Below the pieces are notes generated by a model. That model did not search any database, had not been told where the DNA came from, and saw only the letters and a program-made list of their open reading frames with translations. From NCBI RefSeq assembly GCF_964355755.1, contig NC_092671.1, positions 33,304,304 to 33,368,303 on the forward strand: a stretch of 64,000 nt of DNA. Reading direction: 5' to 3'. This document shows positions 1-13,588 of the stretch, piece after piece. Both the position numbers and the translations under genes were made by a program. This DNA is from Antedon mediterranea (taxonomy: Eukaryota; Animalia; Echinodermata). Position 1 is the stretch's first letter; every line of letters begins with the position of its first letter.

Positions 1-282
1 CCAACACATTTTTGTTATAATAGAACAATCCAATAGTTCCCTGTTATTTCAGCAAAATCAAAGGCAAAGCATAGAAACATAGAAATATTATGTTCGGATT
101 GTTAATAATTTAAGAGTTGTTGATTAGATGGAAAGACCTTAAAAATCTAAACTAATATACAGTAGATGTTGATTATTCTCAAGTACTGTTCATTCCAAAT
201 TAAAGACATAATGTTATGTTTGGATCAGACACATCTGGAAACATACTCCAGTAATGTTGAAGCTAGTATAATCAGTTGTGTT

Positions 283-432
283 TTGACCTATACCAGGTAC
301 CCATTTGTACATCTGGGTGGACAGAGGCAAACTTAAGTACAGTTTCTTGCGTAAGGACCAAAGAAATGCAACAAGCTTTGGATTAGAACCCACGATCTCA
401 CGATCAGTAGTCCATCACACTGCACCATATGC
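283..432 (-). mobile_element. Degenerate tRNA-derived SINE fragment (CORE/V-SINE-like)
   Basis: Minus strand has a B-box-like GGTTCTAATCC. The plus strand reads ggtacccatttgtacatctgggtggacagaggca...tttcttgcgtaaggac, resembling conserved SINE central domains as I recall them. Confidence 0.6.
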
Positions 433-829
433 TCTTAAAATATTTTATGCTATCAGTATTATATAGTATTATTAGCGAATGTGCTGTGTAAATAAATGCC
501 CTAGACCAGGAATCTAGGGAAGAAGAACAAAGTATTATATACTTCCAAAAAGAAATTCTAAAATAAAATTAAAATTGTATTATACCCTTAAAGTGCCTTA
601 GAATAGATATTACAATTTATTTCCAGAATATAAATCTTGGTAACTGATACCATTTCTAATATCATGTATTACAATAATTTTCTGAATGTGTCAATAAAGA
701 ACACTATCATGGGAGCTGATATAACACATTTCTCATAGCATACAAAGTATTCTTAACACTACTCATTAAATCCAGAATAATTCATAAACACAGTGCAACC
801 TCTTCTATTCACTGGAGACTGCACAATCA

Positions 830-1400
830 TGTGGCCAATTTAATTCCAGCAGCCTTTATATCCTCTAGTTGCCTATCGATGCTTCTAGCTATGACCAATT
901 TAATTCTAGCAGACATTGAATTCTCGAAGTACCTACAGTAATCATACTCCTGCTTGTGACCAATTTGATCCCAGAAGCCCATTCATCTTGTAGGTACCTA
1001 TTTACACTCCTGAATATGACCAATTTGAATGCCCCAAGTGCCTATTAATACTCCTGAGTGTGACCAATTTAATCCTAGAGGTGTTTTCATCCTATTAGTA
1101 GGTATACCTATTTTAAAGTATTGGAAATAACTAATTTAATCCAAAAATCATTATTCCTCATACCAATTTAACCCAACAAGTACCCATTCATATTCCTAGA
1201 CATGACCATTTTAATCCCAAGAACAGTTTTATCCCCAAGTATGCTACCAATTTAATCCCAAAATCATTATTCCTATTCCTGTCCTATTCACACTACCGTA
1301 ATTTAACCCATGAACCATATTTCCTCCAAAGTACCTATACATATTCCTGGACATGACCATTTTAATCCCAAGAACCTTTTTATCCTCAAGGTACCTATTT
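830..1400. repeat. Old, degenerate minisatellite with core TGACCAATTTAATCC
   Basis: About 11 core copies (near 832, 892, 957, 1017, 1061, 1130, 1162, 1203, 1246, 1297, 1354) at 30-70 bp spacing. The intervening sequences are related (gtacctat...ctcctg). Confidence 0.8.
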
Positions 1401-1612
1401 ACATTCATCATTGATTGAGATTCTTGAAGTTTTCCTCTGGGTGGCTAATTATACTCCTGGTTGAAGGACAAGTAATGATCAGGCCTTAAGACATTTAATA
1501 AAAAGTAGAGTCTGGGACTCGGAGTCAGTCACCAAAAGAATCAATCACATTATTTAAAATAATTAATTTTATTATTAAAATTACCAAATCCAAGCGTTCA
1601 AATCACTAGTTT

Positions 1613-2034
1613 TATATCTGGATTACGCCTATGCCTATATCTGGATTACGCCTATGCCTATATCTGGATTACGCCTATGCCTATATCTGGATTACGCCTA
1701 TGCCTATATCTGGATTACGCCTATGCCTATATCTGGATTACGCCTATGCCTATATCGGGATTACGCCTATGCCTATATCTGGATTACGCCTATGCCTATA
1801 TCGGGATTACGCCTATGCCTATATCGGGATTACGCCTATGCCTATATCTGGATTACGCCTATGCCTATATCTGGATTACGCCTATGCCTATATCTGGATT
1901 ACGCCTATGCCTATATCTGGATTACGCCTATGCCTATATCGGGATTACGCCTATGCCTATATCGGGATTACGCCTATGCCTATATCTGGATTACGCCTAT
2001 GCCTATATCTGGATTACGCCTATGCCTATATCGG
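1613..2034. repeat. 23-bp tandem array, 18 full units plus 8 nt (TATATC[T/G]GGATTACGCCTATGCC)
   Basis: Exact 23-bp period from 1613. The only variation is T/G at unit position 7, with G in units 7, 9, 10, 15, 16 and the terminal partial unit. Confidence 0.99.
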
Positions 2035-2310
2035 CAAACGGTGTCTTCCCTCTCCATGAATTTCTATGCATCTTTTATTTTATTTTTTATTTTATTCAAT
2101 CGAAACCAACAGCGATAATTACCGCCACTAACAGGTTTGATACAAACAAAGCCAGGACTGTTTAAAGCACCTTGATTGGTCCTAACATTGATCAAGGGCT
2201 TCTCTCGTCCAGTGCCCACCTTGACCAGAAGTCTGAGGCAGATACTAGATGCAAGGGCTGCCATAAGAGTCAGCAGTGCTGATTTCAAATGCCTAACGGG
2301 ACCCCAGCTC

Positions 2311-2428
2311 CATATACAGCACCCGTTATTCCCAGATGGTCTCCCATCCAAGCTCTAACCAGGCCCAACGTTGCTTAACTTCGGTGATCTGACGAGAACC
2401 GGTGTTTGAACGTGGTAAAGCCGTATCA
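2311..2428 (-). pseudogene. 5S rRNA-derived sequence (SINE head or 5S pseudogene)
   Basis: Minus strand TACGGCTTTACCACGTTCAAACACCGGTTCTCGTCAGATCACCGAAGTTAAGCAACGTTGGGCCTGGTTAGAGCTTGGATGGGAGACCATCTGGGAATAACGGGTGCTGTA is a near full-length metazoan 5S with box A, intermediate element and box C. The ends are altered and no oligo-T terminator follows. Confidence 0.93.
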
Positions 2429-5400
2429 GTAGTCATCATGATAAATACATTTGAATATAAAGCCTAGCTATAATGAAGAACAATTATAAAACTCTCATAG
2501 GTTAGGATTTTGAAAATAAATCACCTAAAGCTTACAATCAGATTTTCATGTGACTGCTATCTATCACATAATAAATCCATAACTAGATGGGCGTACCGAA
2601 AGCTTTATCCCGTCATCTAATTTATTTTAAATCGTTTTAAAGTAGTTGATGAAATGTCTTTGAATATCACACATGAACATTTACATTATAAATAGCAACC
2701 CACATGAAACAAATTGGCAAAAATTATATAAAAAGGTTGAAAGAATTTTATGAATAAACGTTATAATATATCTTTTTTAAACTATGTCAAATGTGTTTTG
2801 TTGTAGCAGATATAGTACAGAGACACATTAGATCTGTACATTGAAATTACTGGAGGACGACTACACTCGGCCTCCGATGACTATCGTAATAAAAACGAAA
2901 AGCAGACCAACAACACGTCGTAAACAACATTATTATGCTAATTAGCCATATGTAGGTCTGTTGGTGAAATGGATGAAATTCTAACCGATGGCCTATTAAA
3001 TGGAATTTAATGCCAGTATGCCTTCAATGACAACACAATCCCTTATCAATCTTTCGCACATATAAAATGCAGAAATCAAGAAACGCATTTTCTGTATATT
3101 ATGCAAAGGACTTTTTTTTAATGCTGTTTTAGCAATTTGTATATAAGTTGGTCCTTGCAATTGGGACCAACCTTTATGGATCCAGAAGGCCCAACCCTAA
3201 TTTTAAATGTTCGAAAACAAGAAAAAAGGGACCTCTATTTTTTTAATAGTGAGAACACAGCATCCCGGATCTGCTTCAACCATACTAGATTATAAAAAAA
3301 CAGCAAACCAAAAAAGTCATTCTATTATCAAAAAATTATAATTTTAAAATATTTTTAAGGAGAACCACATAAAATATATTTTAAATACATATATTTTTTA
3401 TACATCTAATTTAATTTGTAAAACGACAAAATAAATGGTTAAATTCAACCAAAAATCCAATGTAAATTGGTAAAATTTAAATTTTTTATATAAAAAAAAA
3501 AAATTATGTTATCTTTGAAGAATAATACAAATTAATAACTATAAATCAATTAGTTTTGTCAACTGATATAATAATTATTATTATAAAAAATTTTTTAAAT
3601 ATTTGATTGAATTTACTTGTTTTTTCATATTGCTATGAAATGGCTCTGCACAGGCCATTGTTCCAAATTGAAAAACATATATTGACTCCTCAACGGTTAA
3701 AAAATTAATTTGACTCGTAAATTGCAAAAAGTTTGGCCTTTTAAACTATATTTCATCATTTAAATTTTAGCTTCAACAAAGAAATTCAAATAAAATATAT
3801 CAGAAAGATAATAATTTATAGAAAATAAAAACAATTGCTTGGGCTTATAATATATTCAAAGAAGAACGCATTGTTCAAGGAAAATTCTATTTATAATAGC
3901 AAAGACAATTAAAAAGACATTGAAACGCTCTTCATCCATCTGACCACGCATGAACTGATATAACCCTGCGAGACATTCACGTTAAATCCGTACCTCAGCG
4001 GTCACTCATCCACACCATCCATCGCGAATGACCGATGTTCTATCTAATGATATGAAGCATCATCGGAAGCTTGCTACGCTGTTCAGCTACAAATTGTCAT
4101 AAATCAAAACGTTGACCGCTGCGAAATTAGGTTGCCAGACTCCAGAAGGCGAGATATTTGATACAGAAATATTATTGATGATCGCTGATTCAATTGTACT
4201 AAGCAGATAAAGACCACTGCAGGCCAAGATTGGACTTTTAACCCACAAGTAATGGCAATACATAACAATGGAATAAGCAATTCAGATTCTGATAATAATC
4301 TTTGAAGTTTATTGAACGAAACTTAAAGATAATATATTATTTTATACATTTTGAATAGGCCAGTTATTTACTTTGACTAAAAAATTGATTAAAAAATAAC
4401 ATTATTTACCATCTATAATTCAAAGGATATAGTCAACCAGAAACTGAATATATTAAAGCTTTTGGTTACGGTGGTCTGTATCTATACACTATCATGCTCA
4501 CTTTTTGGCCGGTACAAAAACTCTACCTATCAACAAATTTGGCTTAGGATAATTTTCTGATTTTCAGCTGGTCTAGTTTTGGTAGAGTTGACAGCAGTGT
4601 CTAAAATTTCATATTCATATATGTATATTTCATAGATTTGTCACTGGTAACATTACAAGACCTATTACAGTTGCCTATATCATATTTCTATGTTCTAGAA
4701 ATTAAGTTGAAAATAAAAACCAACATGTGTAGTTGGAATTACCGATACATGAGCAAATCAAAAGAATTCAATACTTATGATTCACATCAACTTAAATATG
4801 ATATTCAGAATGTTTAGTCATAGTTCGAATTCCGCTAATATTTACATTTAATCAAAATAAATGAGCAGAAAAATCAAAGTTAATTGGACAATTTATATTA
4901 TTTTGAAAATTGTACCCTTCGAGTGGTCAGATTATCAAATGTGCATATCACGTGGTGGCAGTGGTGGGCAGGGTACTTCCCATTTCTGTGGCCTGGTGTC
5001 ACTGCCAACTGCCCACAATGGAACAAAATTTAAACTAAAGGCCCATATAGCCTTTCAAGCACATTGTATAGTTTTTGAATAGGTTAGTTATAAAATAAGC
5101 GCTCTGGTCGCTACAAAACCATATTAATAGATAGCATTAAAATCACTACAGAGAAACCAATTCATATAGTCTTAACTATTAAAATGATATACAGGATTGA
5201 AATGCATTAAATCTGTTATCACAAGCTGGAGGAGAATAACTGAAGAAATTAAAATACAAGCTTCTATTAATACTCAATCCACTCAAGCCAACATTGACCA
5301 GCAGGTTCACAAGGGGAAAAAGAGTTGAGATAGTCACGTAGGACAAAAGAGTTTAGCAGCTGCATGAGAAGAACCAATCCACTTTACAAGTAACCTAACA

Positions 5401-5775
5401 GCGTCTCCGGGGACGCGGGTCACTAGCACAGGTCTGACCCTGGATTTTTAATAGACTTCCTGCTTGGACACAATTTCTGGACGTGCCTACCTGCCCTGCT
5501 GACCTATTCTACACCATCTTTCTACTGTGTTGTGAATAAATATGTATATTAATATAGTAATATTATATAGTACGTTCACAATGCTATGTTTGTATATGTA
5601 ATAGTTTTTATAGAATAGTAATAGTACGTTTGGCCTATTTAAATTTGCAATATGACCAGATACCGGTTATAAATAAATTGATAAAATATGGAATTATTCC
5701 GATAAAACAATATGATGATTATGAAATCAAAGTACATCTGTATGATCGATGACAGTGATAAGGTTGATAACATTT

Positions 5776-5960
5776 TACTGATGATGGTGATGGTAATGGT
5801 GATATTAACAATGACTTGAATGATAACTATGAAGATAGCATTGACGATAATGATGAAATTATAATATTGATGATGATGATGATGATGGCGACGACAGCGA
5901 TGATGATGATGATGACGACAGCGACGACATTGATAATGATAATCATGAAGATGACGTGAA
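5776..5960. repeat. Degenerate (GAT/GAC)n microsatellite
   Basis: Runs of gatgatgat interspersed with gacgacagcg. Confidence 0.85.
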
Positions 5961-7707
5961 AGATAAATATGCTGTATACAAGAAAATATTGATGGCTATT
6001 TAAATATAGTTTATAGAAAACATACTTTTAAATTTGAATTCGATTAATTAGTATACACCACTAGAGAAAAACCCATGATTTAAAAAATAAATATGCATAT
6101 TATATTTCAAAGTGCATCGACCTTTTTATATATCAAATAAATGACAAGAAAGATTTATATAATATAAAATAAATATGAAAGAGAAAATCGATTTTAATAT
6201 TTAAAAAATGAAAAACAAGGACATTAATGCTCATATGCGATTTTTATTGGTTGTTTTTGTAGATTTGAAAAGATATAGATTTCATTGTAAATTGATCGTT
6301 AAAAACAGAAATCACTGATGGTCTGAGTACAATACAAAGCATGACGTAACGTGATGAATAGTAGTACGGATGAATGATACAAATTCGGAGACGGCAATGA
6401 TTATTTTACAGATTTTTTTTTTAGCATCTGCTCTGTGCACATAAAATAAGTGGAAGTTAGTTGATTTTAAGAGCCATTCATTACCAGTCATTTATTACTA
6501 ATAATATTTAACCCTGACCTTGTTCAAAGTTTTCAATATAGTAAATATCATTTATCAGGTAAATTATGTTAGAAATAAAGTGGGACTCATCTCCGCATTT
6601 GATATTTAGAGAATTTTTGCAATTGGTAATCACCATAAAATGTTATCAATAGTAATTGTGTACACTTTCTGAATAAGAAAACGTTTACCAGAATATTAAA
6701 AACATTATTATAGCTTTAAATGCAAACAAAAAGTGCCTTTACTATGCTTGCTCCCATTTATGTTAGGCAACTGAACTTTAAAAAGTCTGTTCCAATGGGA
6801 ACAACTCAGTTGTTCTGAACATTTGAGTGCAAATTTAATAACTAGTTTAAAAAAAAATTGAAAAAATAGTGGACAACTAAAAAGAGCTTCATTGCCCTGT
6901 GGACAAACGTTTTTTATTCTGGGAGCACTGCTTTTAGATTACATACAACTAGCCACTAGTTAGTAGTTTTCTAATAGGAACTATAATAATATGTCATTGG
7001 ACATATATACATTATATTGTTCCAGTTCCATTTAGTGATGTGGTAGGGAACAGTTTAAATTTAACAATACAATAGCCTCCCAGACACAAGTAAAGGTTGA
7101 TCTCACAGCAATTTTCTAGCCAGGAAATACTGGGCAACCACTAAACCAATCTTAATGATATACATCCCTATGTTAAGATGACATAAAGAATACATGATAC
7201 TGATATTGTAAGACAAAGAATGTGAAGAAACGCAAGTCTTCGTTGTACTGAGAGAACTTAAATGAATTTGACAATTGTAAATTTAATATGATAAAAGAAT
7301 AAATTTGAATATTTATCTAATTATGATTATCATAAATACTTATCATCAAACTTATTTATTCTCAAATGATAAAATAAAAATATTAAGACCTGATGTAAAT
7401 AAATTCAGGAATATTTAATAGCAGTTTTCCTTAGTACTCTATATAGAGTATTCACATGTTTTCAATGTTGACAATTGTTTTGCATGAGTTAGTCAATTTT
7501 AGATGGTAATTATAATTGTAGATCATATTATCATTTATCTATTATATTTTGTTGACCAACTAGTATGTAGATGTTTAGTTATTGGTCTTCTCAATTTTAG
7601 TAGTAGTGATAAAATCTATCTTTTTTCCGATATACAAAAATAGATTGAATAAAAAAGATACTAAATAGTAGGAAGAAAACAATCTTATTGGTTGAACAAT
7701 ACGAATA

Positions 7708-8463
7708 CAGTCGACTCCGCCTAAGTCGAATCTAATGGGACCGGTATAAAAATTCGAGTTACGCGAACTTCGACTTACAGATTTGCCAAAAAAATGCTAG
7801 GCCTCACTAGCTGCGCTATGGCTAGGCCTATACTATAGTGGACCCTGCCCTGTCGCGATCGCGGCCCACGAGATGAGCCTTCTTGAATTGAATTTGCTTA
7901 GCTAGCTAGCTAGGCCTAATAAATGCTAAGCCTCTTTATCGACAATGATAAACTGTATTTTTCCGAAACAATACAAAAACGTATAATAAATACATTTCGG
8001 TTCTTATTCGAAATCGGTATCTATTGTTTATTGCCATCTGTCTAGCACAAAATAGGTACCCACAAAACGCCGCTCAAGTTCTCAACTCTGAAACAACTCA
8101 TACACTATACACTAGCGCGAGTTGTAGGACGCCGCCTATACTATACAACCTGCTTGAGAGAACCGATATGGTCCCACATTTCCCCTCTGTTGTTTGTTTA
8201 TCGAATTACGTACGTTTCATCGGCTTTTTTAACGCGTTGTTGCCGCGTAATTTGTGACTTCGACTTATACGATATAAATCACTAAAGAATGTGTGTATTC
8301 GGACCGCAAAAAGACGTCGACTTAGACGAATTTCGACTTAGAAAAGTTCGACTTAGAAATAAAAATTACACAGTAATGTATAGGAAAGAATTGGGACTTT
8401 CCTAAAAATTCGACTTTCGCGATTTTTCGACTTACGCGAATTCGACTTAGGCGGAGTCGACTG
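7708..8463. mobile_element. Tc1/mariner (pogo/Tigger-like) MITE, 756 bp
   Basis: Perfect 24-bp TIR CAGTCGACTCCGCCTAAGTCGAAT, TA on both flanks (7706-7707, 8464-8465), multiple subterminal TTCGACTTA repeats, no transposase ORF. Confidence 0.93.
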
Positions 8464-10029
8464 TACATTAAAAAATTCTTTAGCTAAGTTAATGATTGGA
8501 TAAAAGAAGTAGTTGGTATCTAATACGGCATATTGAAAATATGATGGGTCTTTAAAGGCCGCACATGCATGAATACAGATCTAGTAGTTTCATATTACTC
8601 TACGTATTATTTGAGAGGTAACTACGGTAAACAAATAGATGAAATTGACAACAGATTTATTTGAATGATGTCCTGAGGAAAAACGAATAAACCTAGACTG
8701 ATGGTATATTTAAAAAACAGTATTTAGCCATGATGAATAATGTTGGCGACTTTCATTTGAATAGTTAAAATAGCAGTTTTATTCATTAGTTTCCTTATAC
8801 CAGGATTTGCAAAATGTCCCATGGGCTTTTTATTTATGTGGATTTAATGTTCATGTCAAATAATATATGAAAGCAAATGTCCTTAAAAGATCAGAATAAC
8901 AAAAGATTAACAAAGAAGTACAGCATGCCAAATGACAGGTAAAAATAATAAATCACCAAATGGAATAATTTTCATTTTAATTTGTGGGCTATTAATGTTT
9001 TTCTAGCTTGTTTATCAGGAGTAGGTCGTTTCAGATGCAATGACTTTACTGCAGTCTTTACTGAAAGTTTTTCATGCTTAAGTATCAAAATGTACGTTAC
9101 CATAAGAGTGACAAACATGTGTACGCACATGCTGTTTACACATACTATTGTCACAGTGTGGTTGCTTAATACAAAGGTCTTAAAGACTAGCGGAAACTTG
9201 ATTGAAGCTTACAGGCATCTTGACATTTGAAAGACAATTGTTTTTTTGTTTATTAAAAGGGACGCTTTTTGGAATTAGTATGGTACTTTTAATATTCACA
9301 TCTTTCATAGAATGCCCAAGTCTGACTCAAAATTCAATGGAATCCAGGGCCTGTTTTGTTTGTTTTTCTATGGAACATTAAAATTTCAACAAATTGTTTG
9401 CATGATTAAATTTTCTATAGCGCCCTCTATATTAAGATTTTAGCCCAGTAGAAAATTCGGCTCAAAAAGTTTGTTTTTAATTATTAGATAGTTTTTTTTG
9501 TTTTGTTAATGGTGTCTCTGACACAAGGATATTGATTTCTAGGTGATGCTACCATTTTTATGGAAATAAATATTGTTAATGATGATGATATTACTGAGAA
9601 CTACTGTAATTGGCAAAAACATATGACTGTGCATCCAATCCAATTCTCTTTTTATATATTTTATTTAGTATTTATATTTTTATTACACTTCTTTCAGTTT
9701 TTATTAACGTTCACATATTGTTAACAACATTCTACAACAACATAGTAAAACTTTGAAGTTGTTGTTTTATGCAGTACAAAACCGACAATTAAAAAAAGCT
9801 TTCATAGATTTTATATCTTTCTTTAATGGTTTGTGGAAATTTTCTAGGAACTCTCATTAAGTTAGACAGAAAAGAAAATTCAATTTTGATGATTAGGAAT
9901 GTTTCAAGGTCATATTTGGACTGTATAATATATTTAATATTCACTTTATATTGACTGATGTATAATCATCCAATGCACTTTATATTTCAGTTCTTATTTT
10001 GTAATATTATCCTAGAACTATAAAAACAA

Positions 10030-10400
10030 ATAATGATGATGAAGTAGTATCAGTTTCTACAGTACTTGAGTGATGATTTGATTATGACGATGACGATGAT
10101 GATGCTAACGCTAACTATGGCTTTGATGATGATTGTAATATGATTCTGATGATTATGATGATGATGATTGTAACTGTAACTATGATTATGATGATGGTGA
10201 TTGTAACTATGATTATGATTGTAACTATGATTATGATGATGATGATTGACTATGATTATGATGATGATTGTAACTATGATGATGATTATGATGATGATGA
10301 TTGTAACTATGATGATGATGATTGTAACTATGATTATAATAATTTTGATTGTACTATGATTATGATGATTTTACCTATGATTATGATAATGATGATACAA
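10030..10400. repeat. Compound (GAT)n microsatellite with recurring TGTAACTAT motif
   Basis: Repeated gatgatgattgtaactat units; these account for the low-complexity ORF at 10140. Confidence 0.9.
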
Positions 10401-12119
10401 TGGTGATTAACTAAAATGATGAAAGTAAAATAAAAAGTAAGATAAAAACTGATGTGTAGGCCTATAACAACAATTATGTTACAACACAGATGAAACTTTA
10501 TGCTAAAATGATTTACTGTATATATGATTATGAAATGATAATGAATGTTGTTAGAATTAAACAATATGATGAATTGATATTTTTATGGTATGAACTATAT
10601 TAAACATGATGGTAAATATAATGATTATAGGACCATATATGTATTGTAAAAACAACATAGTAAAATTCTCAATACAAACATGCCAAGTAAAACCACAAAT
10701 ATTATGCAAAGCAAAAAATTGGATGACCAAGTCAATCAACTGCCATGACATTATACCCAGTAATGAGTAAAATTATAAATATCAGGCCTAAGGGATTATC
10801 CATAAGCAGTAAAGATTAATTAAAAATAGAGGAATAAACCTCATTCTGCCTCTACCATTTAATTATCAGAAGTAGATTGACTGGAGAAGGAATGCAGAAT
10901 ACAAGAAAAAAACTATATTTATTCTTTAGTTTGCAGATTTTGCATAGATGAACATCTGTGCATCCCTATAGCACAATTGGAATAGTCTGCTATAACACAA
11001 TTGGAATAGTCTACTTTTACAAAATTGGAATAGTCCACTATTGGGATAGTCGCAAAAGTTAAAATCTCATCCGGCAATGCATACGTTTTATTGGTGTTGC
11101 TGCATACAATGATAGCAAATTCTATTTTTATGTAATATAATATAACTCTATATAAATAATACACCTCTATTTTGGGGACACCTCTATTCAGGTGATACTT
11201 TCCAATAAAAAAAAGTGCAGTAATATGTTTAACACTAGGAAATATTATATTATTATATTTATTCATAATTAAAAGGATACTTTTTTAATTGGATACGACC
11301 AAATAGGTCAGCTAATGCAGTGCAAATTTGGCCATCTTTATACTTTAGGTCTATTTTGAACTGATTTATTCTTTTACTCTGATCAAGACACACTTATCAC
11401 CTCCTAACTCATTCAAGTTATCCAATCATCCCTTTAATTCCGTCATCCTATTATCACACACACCTCAAAATAAAATAAATCATGGGTATATACACAAGTA
11501 ATCCTAAAATGCATTATAAAAAGTAATATAGATATGTTGTGATGTATAAGCAGATTTTTTATACATATTTTTTTCTATTTTAATTTACTTGTCAATTGAC
11601 TCCTTAATCTTCTAGATTACCTAATTCAAAGGATCTACAAATATTATCAGTAGAATGTCTTAAAGTGTTAAATTTTAATGTCAAACTAGTATATAAGTTA
11701 TCGTCCTTGATAAATATAATTGACAAATCTGGTTTAGTATTATATTTAAAATATATATACTGTAACAGAACTGTGATTTCTAGGATTTTATCTTAGCAAA
11801 TAAAAAAGTTTTTTTCTACGCGAGAACCAAGGTGCTGGAATTTGAAAGCAAGTACGTGGAACTATGATTGTTAATGTTTATTTATTTTGTAGGTAGTACC
11901 AAATTAATTTCTTTGTAACAAACCATTTAAACTAAAATTTACATTATGACCAACACATGAGACAGAATTGGCCCTCTAGAGGCCAGTCTGTTTCATTACA
12001 GTTTATTAACCCTCTTCTGAAGAAGTTCTTTGCATTGCATTTTACCCCCTAAGTTTTAAAGATGGATTGTCTTCCTGAAAATAATTTTTACAATTTTTGT
12101 TGTTGAATATGGAATTTTA

Positions 12120-12386
12120 ATGTCACACAATAGTTACCACTATGACCAAAACTCGGATCTAAAAAAATTGTATTTACCTAAAAAAAATGTAATTTAAAGC
12201 AAAAAAATGGATTTTTGGTTGAATTTAACCATTTATATGTTATCTTATAAGTGAAAAATTTTATTTTTTTTAATTTTTTTTTTATATGGAAGTGATTAAC
12301 TTTATTAAAACTACAACATAACCTATTCAAAGTCTGATTTAATTAATCTTCATTTTTCATGTTTTTGGGGGACAATACATCTTTAA
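12120..12386. mobile_element. Partial Kolobok-like non-autonomous element (one terminus)
   Basis: Ends in GGGGACAATACATCT|TTAA, the same terminus as 30997-31536 and 29961. Related fragments occur near 3350-3480, 54200-54422 and 58330-58460. Confidence 0.6.
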
Positions 12387-13588
12387 AAAGAATTTTAAGA
12401 ATAATTGGAAATGTGAAAAGGTAAATAGTGATAAACTGGATGGTGTTTAAAAGTACTACAATACAATTACTACATAATATAATAACTGATACATAAAAAT
12501 ACAACAAATAATAGAGCATTAATATACTGTTACTGCATTGTTTATAAGTTCTAGTTAAGATTCTATTTTCTACTTTATCAACATCATTTTTTTTTATCTT
12601 TTTAAATTAAAATATATGGTGACAGACGGTCATGTATCCCTCGAGATATAAGTATATTAGAATTCTGGGTAGTTTTCAAGTTTGATTAATTTTTTGTATT
12701 GCTATAAAATGAAATACCACTAGAGGGAAATAAGAATTATTGACTAATATATGGACAATTTGAAGACATAAAGAATTAGAGAAAAATTAATCATATCTTG
12801 ACCAACATTAGACAACTGCGGAGCTGAATCCTTGATGGACGTGATTGTGGTCATCATGTTTGAATCCTCTGAGATTTTAACAGCATAATGCAACACATTA
12901 TTGGCCAATTGATATGCTGTGCATGACGATTTGTTGGGGGAAAGAATCGCCATTATCATTAATGTCATTCCCTCAGGACTGAGTAGACGGAATTGTTTAA
13001 TAAACTTTTGACCAATGATGTAGTCACCTACTCTCATTGAGTTGTGGTTTTGATGAAGTAAAATCAGTCATTTAATATTTTAAATGAAAGGCCTGTTCGC
13101 ATGGAGAATAGTAAAATTTGGTTTGTTTCTAAATCTGTCTACATACAAACTTTATGCACATTACTACCATATTTGGGCACATCATATTTTTATCATTTGA
13201 GTTTATTTTTTAATTTGATAGGGTAAATAGAGCTTGAAAAACTGAAACTTTGAGACACTATCTACCTTACTTTTATTTCTTGTTTTGCAAACACATGATG
13301 TACTGCAAACACTACGATTATATTTTAACCCATCCATAATATGTTTTCACCTATCTTCCTGTTTTAAATTTACTATTATTAGACATTAACATCTTAACTT
13401 TGTTCAAACTGGGGTTATACAGTCATGATTGAAATATATTCATCATCTATCCAGTTATAATATCATATAATTAAAGTTAACTTAAAAGGTAAAATTAAAA
13501 GCTCAAAATACATACAAAATCAATATAGAATACATACATACAAACAAAACGAATACAAAATAAAGTCAACAACTGGTTATAGACTTAC

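Larger units (their letters stand above)
1613..2428 (-). mobile_element. 5S rRNA-derived SINE (SINE3-type): 5S head, about 275-nt body, tandem-repeat tail
   Basis: The 5S head runs directly into a GC-richer body, an A-rich tract and the 23-bp array. The minus strand has no TTTT from 2428 until 1580. Confidence 0.7.

Noticed and set aside
830-2034. CRISPR-like appearance of the repeat arrays
   Set aside because: The 23-bp units are contiguous with no spacers, and the 830-1400 spacers are mutually related. The context is a eukaryotic intron with no cas genes.
1631-2165. Three overlapping 142-162 aa ORFs
   Set aside because: Artefact of a stop-free 23-bp tandem repeat that gives the same periodic peptide in all three frames.
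2311-2428. Functional 5S rRNA gene
   Set aside because: Single copy with altered termini, several substitutions and no oligo-T terminator.
10140-10406. Met/Asp-rich ORF
   Set aside because: Translation of a (GAT)n microsatellite.
12744-13037. 97-aa ORF as the next receptor exon
   Set aside because: No hinge or ligand-binding-domain similarity and no good splice sites; possibly a decayed LINE remnant.
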